Assembly (NCBI GenBank): GCA_964388035.1
Contig: CAYLZE010000040.1
Coordinates: forward strand, 1 to 29,414
Origin: an uncultured archaeon
Lineage (GTDB): Archaea > Asgardarchaeota > Lokiarchaeia > Sigyniarchaeales > SOKP01
Reading direction: 5' to 3'
Length of the DNA: 29,414 bases
The notes below the pieces were generated by a model. That model saw only the letters and a list, made by a program, of their open reading frames with translations. It ran no database searches and was not told where the DNA came from. Shown piece by piece: positions 7,725 through 16,604 of this stretch. Made by a program: the position numbers and the translations under genes. The stretch's first letter is position 1. Every line of letters starts with the position of its first letter.

Positions 7725-9992
7725 ATGACCACTTTCCAAGATAATAACAAGATTTCAAATAGAAATGATTTCAATAATTTCAGATATGTGAAGGAAAACT
7801 TAATTGAAAAACGAGATTATCAATTTTCTATTGCAGAAAAATGCGTGAACAAGAACTCATTGGTGGTCCTTCCTACCGGTTTGGGAAAGACGATCATTGC
7901 ATTATTAGTTGCAGCAAAAACACTTGAATATTTTCCACCCGAAAGTAAAATAATATTTCTTGCTCCCACTCGGCCATTGATTAATCAACATTATTCTTTT
8001 TTTTTAAACTATTTTTCAATTCCAGAGAAGAAATTTATAATCTTGACAGGAAAAACTTCTCCAAAGGAGCGACCAATAGAATTTTCAAAAAATCAATTAT
8101 TATTTTTTACTCCTCAGACCTTAAGAAATGACGTCGTGAAACAGAAATACGATTTATCTAAGGTATGTCTTATGATTTTTGATGAAGCCCATCATGCTAC
8201 GGGAGATTATGCCTACGTGTACTTGGCGCGCGAATACATGAATCAAAATTCCGAAGGTAATATTCTCGCTCTTACCGCATCCCCAGGAGCCTCCAAAGAA
8301 CTGATTGAAGAATTATGCAAGGTTTTATACGTCCCTTTAGAAAATATTCACGTTCGGACTCGGACGGATTCAGACGTGAAATCTTATATTAAACCCATGA
8401 ATATTGTAAAGATGGGAGTTTCATTAACGGAAATGATGAGAAAAGCTCTATCTTACATTAATGAAATTTTGAATGAAAGAGTACAATATTTAGGGAGATC
8501 TGGCTTTATTAATACATCTTCTTCGGCAGGATCAGAAAATTTTAACAAAAAAATATATCGAAAAAAACTTGTGGAAATGCGTAATGAATTACTAACCTTG
8601 TCAAACCAACCTGGCTCTAATAAGGGGATTTTTAGTGCACTTTCTGCAGTAGCTCAATGTCTAATTTTATATCACATGGAATCGCTTATTGAACAGCAAG
8701 GGCTGGATATATTATTGCTTTATTTAGAAAAGCTTAAAAAAGAAGCAAACAAAAAAAATTGTTCTAAAGCACGTCGTATTATTGCTGAAGATCGAAGAGT
8801 TCTTTCACTTTTTAAGGAATTATCTAAAATTTCGCAATCTACTCAAGAACAACTAAGACATCCCAAAATAAATTTACTTATACGAATTCTTATAGAACAG
8901 CTTTCCAAAAATAATAAATCCCGCATTCTCATATTTGTAAAATTACGGGATTCAGTAAAAAATATTACTAAAAGGTTAAAAGAAGTACCTGAAATTAAGG
9001 CAAAACGTTTTGTAGGGCAAGCATCAAAAGGGGAAGAAAAAGGGCTTTCTCAAAAAGACCAGATCCGCATCTTGGAGGAGTTTAAAAAGGGAAAATATAA
9101 CATACTGGTGAGCACCAACGTGGGAGAAGAAGGGTTAGACATCGCGGAGTGCGACCTGGTAATCTTTTATGACGTGGTGGCCTCGGAAATAAGATTAATT
9201 CAGCGAAAAGGGAGGACCGCCAGACATAAAGAAGGAAAAGTGATCATTCTCTATACGAAAGAAACAAATGATGAATTATACCTTCATATTGCTCTTAATA
9301 AACTCCGCATCATGCAAGGGAACTTAAAGAAGGCTGAGAATAGTCTTGCATCTTTCTCTAACCAAAAAATGAATGGTTCTTTTTTTCCAAAAGAAAAAGA
9401 ACATATAATAAACGAAGAACCATCCCATAATTCTCAAGTTCATCTTCAAAACATGCCTCATGAAGTAACTTTTAAATCCTCTAAAACAAAAAAAAAGAGG
9501 ATAGATGGACCGTATATTCATCAATCTCGTTTGACTTCGTTCATTGATAAAGTATCTCAGGAAAATGCATTGATTCATCTAAAGAAAAGTGAGCCTGTTA
9601 AAATTAATGCTAAGTTTCCCATGAATTATGGTATTAGAAAAGAGTTTGACAAGGATCAAATAGCAATCATTACAGATTCCATGCTCATGGATAATGATAT
9701 TGTCCTTTTTGACAAAATTTTAATTCGTATCTTGAAACCCCAAAATATCGTCTTTCATGATATTCTTATAAAAAATAGAACATTGAAAAATGAGTTCGAT
9801 CTAATTGTATGGGCCGTAGATTTCATTTCATTTCAAGAAAGAATTGAAGGAGAAAAAGAGATATTAAAAAACAAACTAAAGACTTTCGGACAAAATCATG
9901 AGATTAATATTGTTAAATTTGATTGTTCGGAAGAGTTGCATTTCATAATAAAAAATTTATTTTCTTATAATCAAACCAAAAAAATTGTTTGA
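7725..9992 (+). CDS. hef: Hef/FANCM/Mph1-like SF2 helicase with degenerate C-terminal ERCC4-like domain
   Basis: RDYQ Q-motif, LPTGLGKT, LAPTRPL, TPQT, DEAHHATGDYAY, LTASPG, HPK, FVGQ, STNVGEEGLDI and QRKGRTAR are Hef/Mph1 signatures. The C-terminal ~130 aa lack the GD..ERK nuclease motif. Confidence 0.88.
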   Translation: MTTFQDNNKISNRNDFNNFRYVKENLIEKRDYQFSIAEKCVNKNSLVVLPTGLGKTIIALLVAAKTLEYFPPESKIIFLAPTRPLINQHYSFFLNYFSIPEKKFIILTGKTSPKERPIEFSKNQLLFFTPQTLRNDVVKQKYDLSKVCLMIFDEAHHATGDYAYVYLAREYMNQNSEGNILALTASPGASKELIEELCKVLYVPLENIHVRTRTDSDVKSYIKPMNIVKMGVSLTEMMRKALSYINEILNERVQYLGRSGFINTSSSAGSENFNKKIYRKKLVEMRNELLTLSNQPGSNKGIFSALSAVAQCLILYHMESLIEQQGLDILLLYLEKLKKEANKKNCSKARRIIAEDRRVLSLFKELSKISQSTQEQLRHPKINLLIRILIEQLSKNNKSRILIFVKLRDSVKNITKRLKEVPEIKAKRFVGQASKGEEKGLSQKDQIRILEEFKKGKYNILVSTNVGEEGLDIAECDLVIFYDVVASEIRLIQRKGRTARHKEGKVIILYTKETNDELYLHIALNKLRIMQGNLKKAENSLASFSNQKMNGSFFPKEKEHIINEEPSHNSQVHLQNMPHEVTFKSSKTKKKRIDGPYIHQSRLTSFIDKVSQENALIHLKKSEPVKINAKFPMNYGIRKEFDKDQIAIITDSMLMDNDIVLFDKILIRILKPQNIVFHDILIKNRTLKNEFDLIVWAVDFISFQERIEGEKEILKNKLKTFGQNHEINIVKFDCSEELHFIIKNLFSYNQTKKIV

Positions 9993-10168
9993 ATTCTTTA
10001 CATTTGAAGAAATTTCTTTTATGACTTTATTTTTCCAAGAAAATTATTATCTAAAATTAGACAAAGCTATATTTCTTCTATTTAAATATTTTTATATATA
10101 TTTAGGCAGAAGAATTTGATGTTCTTTATTACAGTGCAAGTCATGTAAATAAAAATGGGAAAAGGAAG

Positions 10169-10414
10169 TTAATCTTCGAAGGATTCTAAAGATTTTAATT
10201 CTTTTTTTAACAAATATCGCATAAAAGGAGGGAGATCCTCGCTTCTGCTCTGAATATCCTTGGATTTTTCTAAATCCGAAATATTTTCTCGTCCATTTTG
10301 AACCTCTAGGAATGTTTTAAAGATATGTGAAATTTCCATGAAAAATTTTGAGGGAATTTCTTCATTTTCTTTCTGATAGAAGTTTGTAAAAGTTTTTTCA
10401 CTTTTAATACTCAT
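10169..10414 (-). CDS. Hypothetical protein (81 aa)
   Basis: ATG-started ORF that fills the intergenic space downstream of, and co-oriented with, the Hel308-like gene. No motif recognised. Confidence 0.55.
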   Translation of the reverse strand: MSIKSEKTFTNFYQKENEEIPSKFFMEISHIFKTFLEVQNGRENISDLEKSKDIQSRSEDLPPFMRYLLKKELKSLESFED

Positions 10415-10530
10415 TTTTTATTCTCTAATCTTTTATATTATATTTTTAGTGAGTTTATTTAAAAAAAAAATGAAAATTATCTTGAATAAGAGTTAAGAAG
10501 TAAAAAATTAGTAAAATGTTAGAAAAATCT

Positions 10531-13113
10531 TTATTCTACCACAATTTTTTTGCATAAATTTAATCCAATTCCCGTTTTTTTATTCAAAATATATGGATTC
10601 TCATTTTTTACCTCGGATGCATTACGATAACCTGCATTAAAAAGAATTCGCGCTCTCATTCGTCCTACTTGATTCAGTCTGATGACCAAATCAAATAATT
10701 CCTCTTTTACCCCGTGTTCAATGCGAATATTTAGAGTTTCTGTCATTTCCATTAAATTAATCATCTTTTCACGCAAATCAGTTCCAGAATTAGATAAATA
10801 TTCTGCAATTTTTTGAATGAACATTATAACACGACAAATATTTTCTATTAAGCTGTAAAGATCTCCTGCCATCATGCTATACTTATCGAGAATCTTCTCA
10901 ATAGACACTTCATCGCTCCAATCTAGTAATGGTTCGAAAAATTCTTCTCGCCTAACTTTTCCTTCCTTTTTCAGCACATCAAATGCTTCTTTCAAAATTT
11001 CGATATATGTGGAAAATGATTTTTTTTCCAATTTTTCCCGAATTAAAACAGCGGAAGCGGGATCAATATATAGGCGTATTACTAGTTTGCCGAAGGCGGT
11101 GCATTGAAATACCTGAGTCCCTTGGGTCAGGATTTGCGTCAAAAGACCTTTTTCTAAGAGGTAATTAAGTATGTATTGTTCTCGCACAGCTTTTGGGATA
11201 ATATCCTCCACATATTTTTGAATCCTTGGTTGATTACATTGTATTAAATAGATTAAAAAAGCAATTGCGTGGTCACAAAATTCGAAGACATATTTTGTAT
11301 TACCGAAATTATCAGATATACCGTTTTTATATCCGCAAGAACAATAAATCCCTTTCTTCACATCGAATGAGCACTCAAAAACCCCAAATTGCGTCTGTAA
11401 ATATCCCGAGATCCTAACTTCCGTGATGGATGTCAGCTTAATTTTTTTGATCTTTTCCTTTATTTCTCTGGGATTCTTGCGGCAAGAATGCATTTTCAAT
11501 AAATTCAGGGGCTCTATTTCTTTTATCATTAATAGTTGCTCGATGGGTACTTTATTCATGGCAGAAGAATTCGAATTTTGAAATTCATAAAAAAAGTAAG
11601 TTCGTTCGAAAAATTGGATTAATTGAGGTAAAGAGATCTTTCTTTCTTCATAAACCCGCAAAAGAACTTGTTCTTTCAGTATATTCATATCATTTAACGT
11701 AGAGGTTAAGTTATTATAACGGGGATTTAATTCTTTGGATGCATCTAAAGGATTGAAAAAATGATCTTCTACCCATATTCTCTCTTCGAGATTTTTTACC
11801 AAAATAATGCCATAACCCACTGAATCTAATCCTGGTCTACCCGCCCTTCCTAACATTTGAAATACTTCATTTGCAGAAAAGGGCTTGAAGAAAGTAAAGC
11901 CATCGCCCGTTTCAAAATATCCAGAAAAGTTGGAAAGGTTATGGCCAGAAGTTACGTGACGCTTGAATTTCTTTAGAATTACCACTCGAGCTGGGGTATT
12001 GACACCTGCTGAGAGTGTAGTCGTGCAACAGATCACCTTAACCAGTTTCTTACGAAAATTATCTTCCACGATCCTTCTTTCTTTTAAAATAAGTCCGGCA
12101 TGGTGAAAAGCTATCCCATTGCTAATTACTTGCTTTAATTCTTGGTTACATCCTTTAATTTTTCCTAATCTTTTTCTTAATCGGTCACAACTTTTAATCT
12201 CATTAGGCTTTAACTTTTTTCGAATTAGAGAAGCTAATTCATGGGCTAAAAGTTGCGTATCTTTACGCGTATTCAAAAAAATGAGCACTTGTCCCTCTTG
12301 GCTTAAAATAGTTCTAATATATTTTCGTATAGTGGCATCTTTATTATTCGAAATCTCGATACGATAATGCAAAGGCACGGGACGTTTCTCAGATTTAATT
12401 AAAATAGTCTTATTTCCTAAAGAACTCAACCATGCATTAAAAAATTCGGGATTGGCGATGGTGGCCGATAATCCAATAATTTGAGGATTATGTAGGAATT
12501 CGTTCAGGCGAATGATTAATGATTCCAATCTTGGTCCTCGGCCTTCTTCTCCGATCATGTGAATTTCGTCAACGATAATAGTGGATATAGAATGGATCCA
12601 ATCCCCTTCATAAAAATTTCTAAGTATGGAATCCATTTTTTCATAGGTTGTGATTATAATATCCGAATCTTTTAATTGGTCTTCATTTAAATCAAAATCA
12701 CCGACACTTATTCCCACTTTAATATTGAATCGCGTATAGCTCTTTTTAAAATGCAAATATTTTTCCGTTGCCAGCGCCTTAAAAGGTACTAAATAAACGG
12801 ACTTTCCAAATCCTTCAAAAATGTTATGAATTGCGCATAACTCACCTATTAGAGTCTTTCCACTACCAGAAGGAGCAGAAATCAAGAATGATTTATGAAA
12901 AAATAATCCCTGTTCAATCGCTTCTTTTTGTATTTCTCGCAATTTATAAACTTTCGATTCAAATAGCACGCGTAAGAGCCGCTTATCGTTGATATAGTTA
13001 AGGATTTCATTATCTTCTAAATTTTGATTTGATTTTTGATTTATCTCCAGACGCGAAGCTTCTTGAGTAGGGGGTGATTTTTTTACTTTTTCGGAGTTTT
13101 CGAGCGAAGTCAT
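10531..13113 (-). CDS. Hel308/Ski2-like SF2 helicase with SWIM-type Zn finger insertion
   Basis: APSGSGKT, LVPFKALA, TTYEKMDS, DEIH, RGPRLE, GLSAT, FHHAGL, TTTLSAGVNTPA, QMLGRAGRPG, TAFGK...LYIDP and a C-terminal HhH (VGRMRARILFNAG). Insert CSC-x19-CDH. Confidence 0.9.
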   Translation of the reverse strand: MTSLENSEKVKKSPPTQEASRLEINQKSNQNLEDNEILNYINDKRLLRVLFESKVYKLREIQKEAIEQGLFFHKSFLISAPSGSGKTLIGELCAIHNIFEGFGKSVYLVPFKALATEKYLHFKKSYTRFNIKVGISVGDFDLNEDQLKDSDIIITTYEKMDSILRNFYEGDWIHSISTIIVDEIHMIGEEGRGPRLESLIIRLNEFLHNPQIIGLSATIANPEFFNAWLSSLGNKTILIKSEKRPVPLHYRIEISNNKDATIRKYIRTILSQEGQVLIFLNTRKDTQLLAHELASLIRKKLKPNEIKSCDRLRKRLGKIKGCNQELKQVISNGIAFHHAGLILKERRIVEDNFRKKLVKVICCTTTLSAGVNTPARVVILKKFKRHVTSGHNLSNFSGYFETGDGFTFFKPFSANEVFQMLGRAGRPGLDSVGYGIILVKNLEERIWVEDHFFNPLDASKELNPRYNNLTSTLNDMNILKEQVLLRVYEERKISLPQLIQFFERTYFFYEFQNSNSSAMNKVPIEQLLMIKEIEPLNLLKMHSCRKNPREIKEKIKKIKLTSITEVRISGYLQTQFGVFECSFDVKKGIYCSCGYKNGISDNFGNTKYVFEFCDHAIAFLIYLIQCNQPRIQKYVEDIIPKAVREQYILNYLLEKGLLTQILTQGTQVFQCTAFGKLVIRLYIDPASAVLIREKLEKKSFSTYIEILKEAFDVLKKEGKVRREEFFEPLLDWSDEVSIEKILDKYSMMAGDLYSLIENICRVIMFIQKIAEYLSNSGTDLREKMINLMEMTETLNIRIEHGVKEELFDLVIRLNQVGRMRARILFNAGYRNASEVKNENPYILNKKTGIGLNLCKKIVVE

Positions 13114-13145
13114 GATTTCTCTATTTTTTTACTATGTTTTTAGAA

Positions 13146-13421
13146 TTAAGAATGATGAGCCCAAACTGCTAAAACTTTTTGAAGTGTTTCGGAATCCCTT
13201 GGAATTACCACTTGATCAATGATTGAATGACTCCTTATTTTACCACTTACATCTATATAAAGAATAAGAGCATGTAAGGGTTCCCCATGCAAGTGGCATA
13301 TTGGTCTCAAGCCCCCCACTTGTCTCCCAGACTTCTTGTCCAAAAAGATCGAAAGATCTATTTCAACGCCACAATAGGGACAATTATATTTACAAATGGA
13401 GAGTTGTTCTGATACGGTCAT
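13146..13421 (-). CDS. Small Cys/His putative Zn-binding protein (family I associate with Lokiarchaeia)
   Basis: CPYC...GL..I.H.H..P.H..ILYID..G.IR pattern. It ends 32 bp upstream of the helicase start, so the two are probably co-transcribed. Confidence 0.7.
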   Translation of the reverse strand: MTVSEQLSICKYNCPYCGVEIDLSIFLDKKSGRQVGGLRPICHLHGEPLHALILYIDVSGKIRSHSIIDQVVIPRDSETLQKVLAVWAHHS

Positions 13422-13518
13422 ATTAAAAATCTTTCTTTTTAAGAATATAATAATATCATGCTATTTAAAGAAAAAGTCGTCCAATTTTAAATATATACAG
13501 GTCTCTCTTGATTTTTCC

Positions 13519-13526
13519 TTTATATA
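13519..13526 (+). promoter_or_regulatory. TATA box (TTTATATA) of the membrane-protein gene
   Basis: Ends about 26 nt upstream of the ATG at 13552, the spacing expected for a leaderless archaeal transcript. Confidence 0.5.
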
Positions 13527-13551
13527 TTTGAGATTGATCTCTTCCTATGAA

Positions 13552-14937
13552 ATGTTATTAGATGATAAGAAAAGTAAGAAAGAACAAAAAATAATACCAA
13601 TAAATCCTCCTCAGAAGAAGAAAGATGAGAATGAATATATTGCTCAATCACGTGAGAAATCTTCCAAGAATCGAAAAACCGTAGACTGTTATGAGAGAAT
13701 ATATCAACCTATTCCAAGACAGACGACATTAGATGAATGTCTAATAGAAGGAAAAAATCATGGATCTCGAGTTAATTCTTCGTTTTTTAGTAATGTAGCA
13801 CCAGAGTTCAGATTAACTCTCATGGAGAAAGAACAATTCAAGTATCACCTATTCCAGGAACTCAAAAATGCAGATTGGTATTCTATTGAATTGAAAGAAA
13901 GTTATTTTGATTTGTTAGGATTTAAAATGATTCCCATCAATTCGAAAATAGCGGTATTATGTTTGATTCCAATTTGTCTAAATGACACCATTTTATCTGC
14001 CAAACCTTTTACAAAAAAGAATTTTGTTTTATCTAATCATCGCAAAATCGATCTGGGAAATGATCCTGAGTATTTATTTTCTCTTTCGTATTTTTCTAAA
14101 CGCTCTGTGAGAAAGGAATTGAATTTAAACGCACCCAATATCTCTCGTGATTTGAGAGAGACCTTTCGCTTTCAGCTATCGGCGCGAGATTTCATTCACA
14201 AAAACGTATTTAAATCTGAGCATAAGATCATCAAAGTCGCAATTCATCCCATATTGATTGAATATTTTGACCCAAGCGTTTTTTTATACCTATCTTCACC
14301 TAACATGCATTTGGTCTCCTTAAATCAGTTAGAAAGTTATCTTACTTTCATTGAACGACAAATTTTTGTTTTTGAAAACCTCGAAATGAGAAGGAAATTA
14401 GTGAATGCTTGGAATTCTAATATTAAATTATATATTCATGGGAGCATAATCGTTTCAAGTATTGTATTAGCGTGGGGAATTATTTTACTTATTTTACTTA
14501 TGGCTCAAAGCAAGATTATCATTTCTTTGTTTCTTGATTCTAACATATCTCTTATCCTATCTTTTCTACCCATAATCGTTTCATTAATGTCTATTATTTT
14601 TATTTTTCGTAGAATGATGTTGCGGAAGGCTTTTTTACGTCAACCCAGGGATAAAAAATATTCTAGATTAACAACTTCAGATGTGACTAATATCCAAAAA
14701 TATCTTTCTTTTCACTTGGATAATTTTTTAGAGGAATCAATAAAGAAAAAAGATTTATCATTATTCTTTCAAAAAAATGCTTTTACAAAGTCTCGAACGA
14801 ATAAAAAGCCTTTTAGGAGGAAAAAAGGAAAAAATCAAATAAAAAGCAACAATAAGGAGCAAGTTAATAATGATAAGATTGATGAAATACCTCTCAAGGA
14901 AAAAAAGGCTATTGATACAACCGTAAAGATCTTCTAA
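13552..14937 (+). CDS. Membrane protein with a large soluble N-terminal domain, two TM helices and a basic tail (start revised from 13396)
   Basis: The ORF-track N-terminus overlaps the divergent gene and its promoter, so ATG 13552 (MLLDDKK) is preferred. TM segments are IIVSSIVLAWGIILLILLM and ISLILSFLPIIVSLMSIIFIF. Confidence 0.75.
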   Translation: MLLDDKKSKKEQKIIPINPPQKKKDENEYIAQSREKSSKNRKTVDCYERIYQPIPRQTTLDECLIEGKNHGSRVNSSFFSNVAPEFRLTLMEKEQFKYHLFQELKNADWYSIELKESYFDLLGFKMIPINSKIAVLCLIPICLNDTILSAKPFTKKNFVLSNHRKIDLGNDPEYLFSLSYFSKRSVRKELNLNAPNISRDLRETFRFQLSARDFIHKNVFKSEHKIIKVAIHPILIEYFDPSVFLYLSSPNMHLVSLNQLESYLTFIERQIFVFENLEMRRKLVNAWNSNIKLYIHGSIIVSSIVLAWGIILLILLMAQSKIIISLFLDSNISLILSFLPIIVSLMSIIFIFRRMMLRKAFLRQPRDKKYSRLTTSDVTNIQKYLSFHLDNFLEESIKKKDLSLFFQKNAFTKSRTNKKPFRRKKGKNQIKSNNKEQVNNDKIDEIPLKEKKAIDTTVKIF

Positions 14938-15081
14938 ATTCAATTTACCATCATTTTCGCGTATCTTTTGAAATTTGCAAATAATAGCTTTTTTCTTTAA
15001 ATACTCCCAATAAATGCAACTATTATTTATGAACAATGGCATTCTAAAGCATTTTAAAAAAAAGTAGAAAGGTGAGAAAAC

Positions 15082-15741
15082 GTGATAAACTTGAATAGAG
15101 CAACCTTACTAAGAGCTTCTGCATTGGCAGGGTTGATATTTGCGATCTTTTCCTTGTTTATGGAATGGTATATCGTGGACTATCCATCATTAGGGCTGAC
15201 GAATGTGTATTATTTGTTAGAAGAATGGAATTATCTCCTAGTTATAATTTTCTTGGGTTTATTAATCATTTCATTTTATGTGGTAGTTTTTAAAGAACCT
15301 CAAAATACTTCTCATCCAGAACGGCTAAAAATCCTTGCTTTTTTAACTAATTGTTTTTTAGTCTTACAAATAATTATTCTGGTATTATATTATTACTTTT
15401 CAATCATACAAAGAGGATTATTTTTTCCATTTCTAAAAGGTCCTGGAGATACAATTCAGACGGTTGGTTCGGGTTTCTTTCTAATGTGTTTAAGTTTTGG
15501 ATTGACATTTCCGTATTTTCGCCATATTTTTATATTAGCTACATCTTTTAAGAAGCAATCCAACCAAGATAATTCAAACTCGAGACAAGATGAGGTATCA
15601 TTCGGAAAAGATCTTAGTAAAACACTATCAGAAGATTTTGATTTAAATATGCTAATCGAAATTCAAAAAAGTAAACTTCAGAACCTTTCTCGTAAGCCAT
15701 ATAGAAAAATAAAAAAAAGAGAAGTTCAAATCCATGTATAA
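15082..15741 (+). CDS. Four-TM membrane protein
   Basis: GTG start with GGTGA SD at 15071-15075. Four hydrophobic segments, with SLFxxWY after TM1 and GSGFFL before TM4. Charged C-terminal tail. Confidence 0.8.
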   Translation: MINLNRATLLRASALAGLIFAIFSLFMEWYIVDYPSLGLTNVYYLLEEWNYLLVIIFLGLLIISFYVVVFKEPQNTSHPERLKILAFLTNCFLVLQIIILVLYYYFSIIQRGLFFPFLKGPGDTIQTVGSGFFLMCLSFGLTFPYFRHIFILATSFKKQSNQDNSNSRQDEVSFGKDLSKTLSEDFDLNMLIEIQKSKLQNLSRKPYRKIKKREVQIHV

Positions 15742-15758
15742 AAATAGGTGAGGAAGAT

Positions 15759-16604
15759 ATGATACTTGAAAAGGATAATCAATATATGGAAAAAATTATA
15801 AATTTAATTAATCTTTGCAAAAAAACGGGTGATTATCATACTTTATTGCGAGTTGGAATTTCTCAAATTAAGAGTCTTTTAATTCAAGTTAATTCTCGTT
15901 CTCCAGTTCTTTTACAGCAAAGACCTGAAATAATAAACGATCTTTCTTCCCTAATGAAAAGCTTAAATGCAAAATATGGAATTAAATTAAATTTCCAATT
16001 ATTCAATGATAATTGGATTGAGATCATAGAGAAATCTGAACTTTTATTATTTTTTCAAGAAGAAGATTCCAACCAAGCGAGAATTTCATTGGATCATGTT
16101 AAGAATCTTTTCGAATGTTACTATGAATTGAAACGGAGAATTAAACCATTATTAACATTTAAAAATGGACTCTTAAATGGAAAGGAAGATTTCACCAAGG
16201 ACGGGATTTTGAATGCAAAAATGCTACATTATCAAGAACATCTACTTTCTTCTCTGAAAGTGGATTTTAATTCCGGTACGCTAGCCAAGTTGATAGAACT
16301 CCAGAGCTTGCAAGAAAAGCTTAAAAATAGAAATAAAATTTATTCCTTGGAAGGAAAAATAAAAATTAAAGATCACTCGTGTTATCTCAAAATGATAAAA
16401 GAAGCAGGAAATTATTATTTCATCTCTCTCGCTATTATTCTCCTTTTATTAGGGAGCATGGTAATGTATGAAGCTTTCATTTTTCCACAGCGGCCTTTTT
16501 CCTTATATAGCCCATTACTTTTATTTTTCTTTGGTTTTGGGGGATGCTTTTTATGTATCTTCCTTAGCATGAAATATATTTTAAACAAATTTAATCAATC
16601 GTGA
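15759..16604 (+). CDS. Membrane protein with helical N-terminal domain and two C-terminal TM helices
   Basis: GGTGAGG SD. Starts 17 bp after the previous stop. TMs are YYFISLAIILLLLGSMVMY and PLLLFFFGFGGCFLCIFLSM. Confidence 0.8.
   Translation: MILEKDNQYMEKIINLINLCKKTGDYHTLLRVGISQIKSLLIQVNSRSPVLLQQRPEIINDLSSLMKSLNAKYGIKLNFQLFNDNWIEIIEKSELLLFFQEEDSNQARISLDHVKNLFECYYELKRRIKPLLTFKNGLLNGKEDFTKDGILNAKMLHYQEHLLSSLKVDFNSGTLAKLIELQSLQEKLKNRNKIYSLEGKIKIKDHSCYLKMIKEAGNYYFISLAIILLLLGSMVMYEAFIFPQRPFSLYSPLLLFFFGFGGCFLCIFLSMKYILNKFNQS

Noticed and set aside
1252-12367. Short antisense or alternate-frame ORFs inside radA, the surface protein, hef and the Hel308-like gene (e.g. 1252-1488, 2202-2396, 2943-3452, 3600-3917, 9324-9578, 10874-11417, 12119-12367)
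   Set aside because: They are fully nested in well-supported long genes and have no recognisable motifs, so they are shadow ORFs.
13396-13551. N-terminal 52 codons of the 513-aa ORF
   Set aside because: They overlap the divergent gene start and the AT-rich promoter region. A TATA box sits at the expected distance from ATG 13552.
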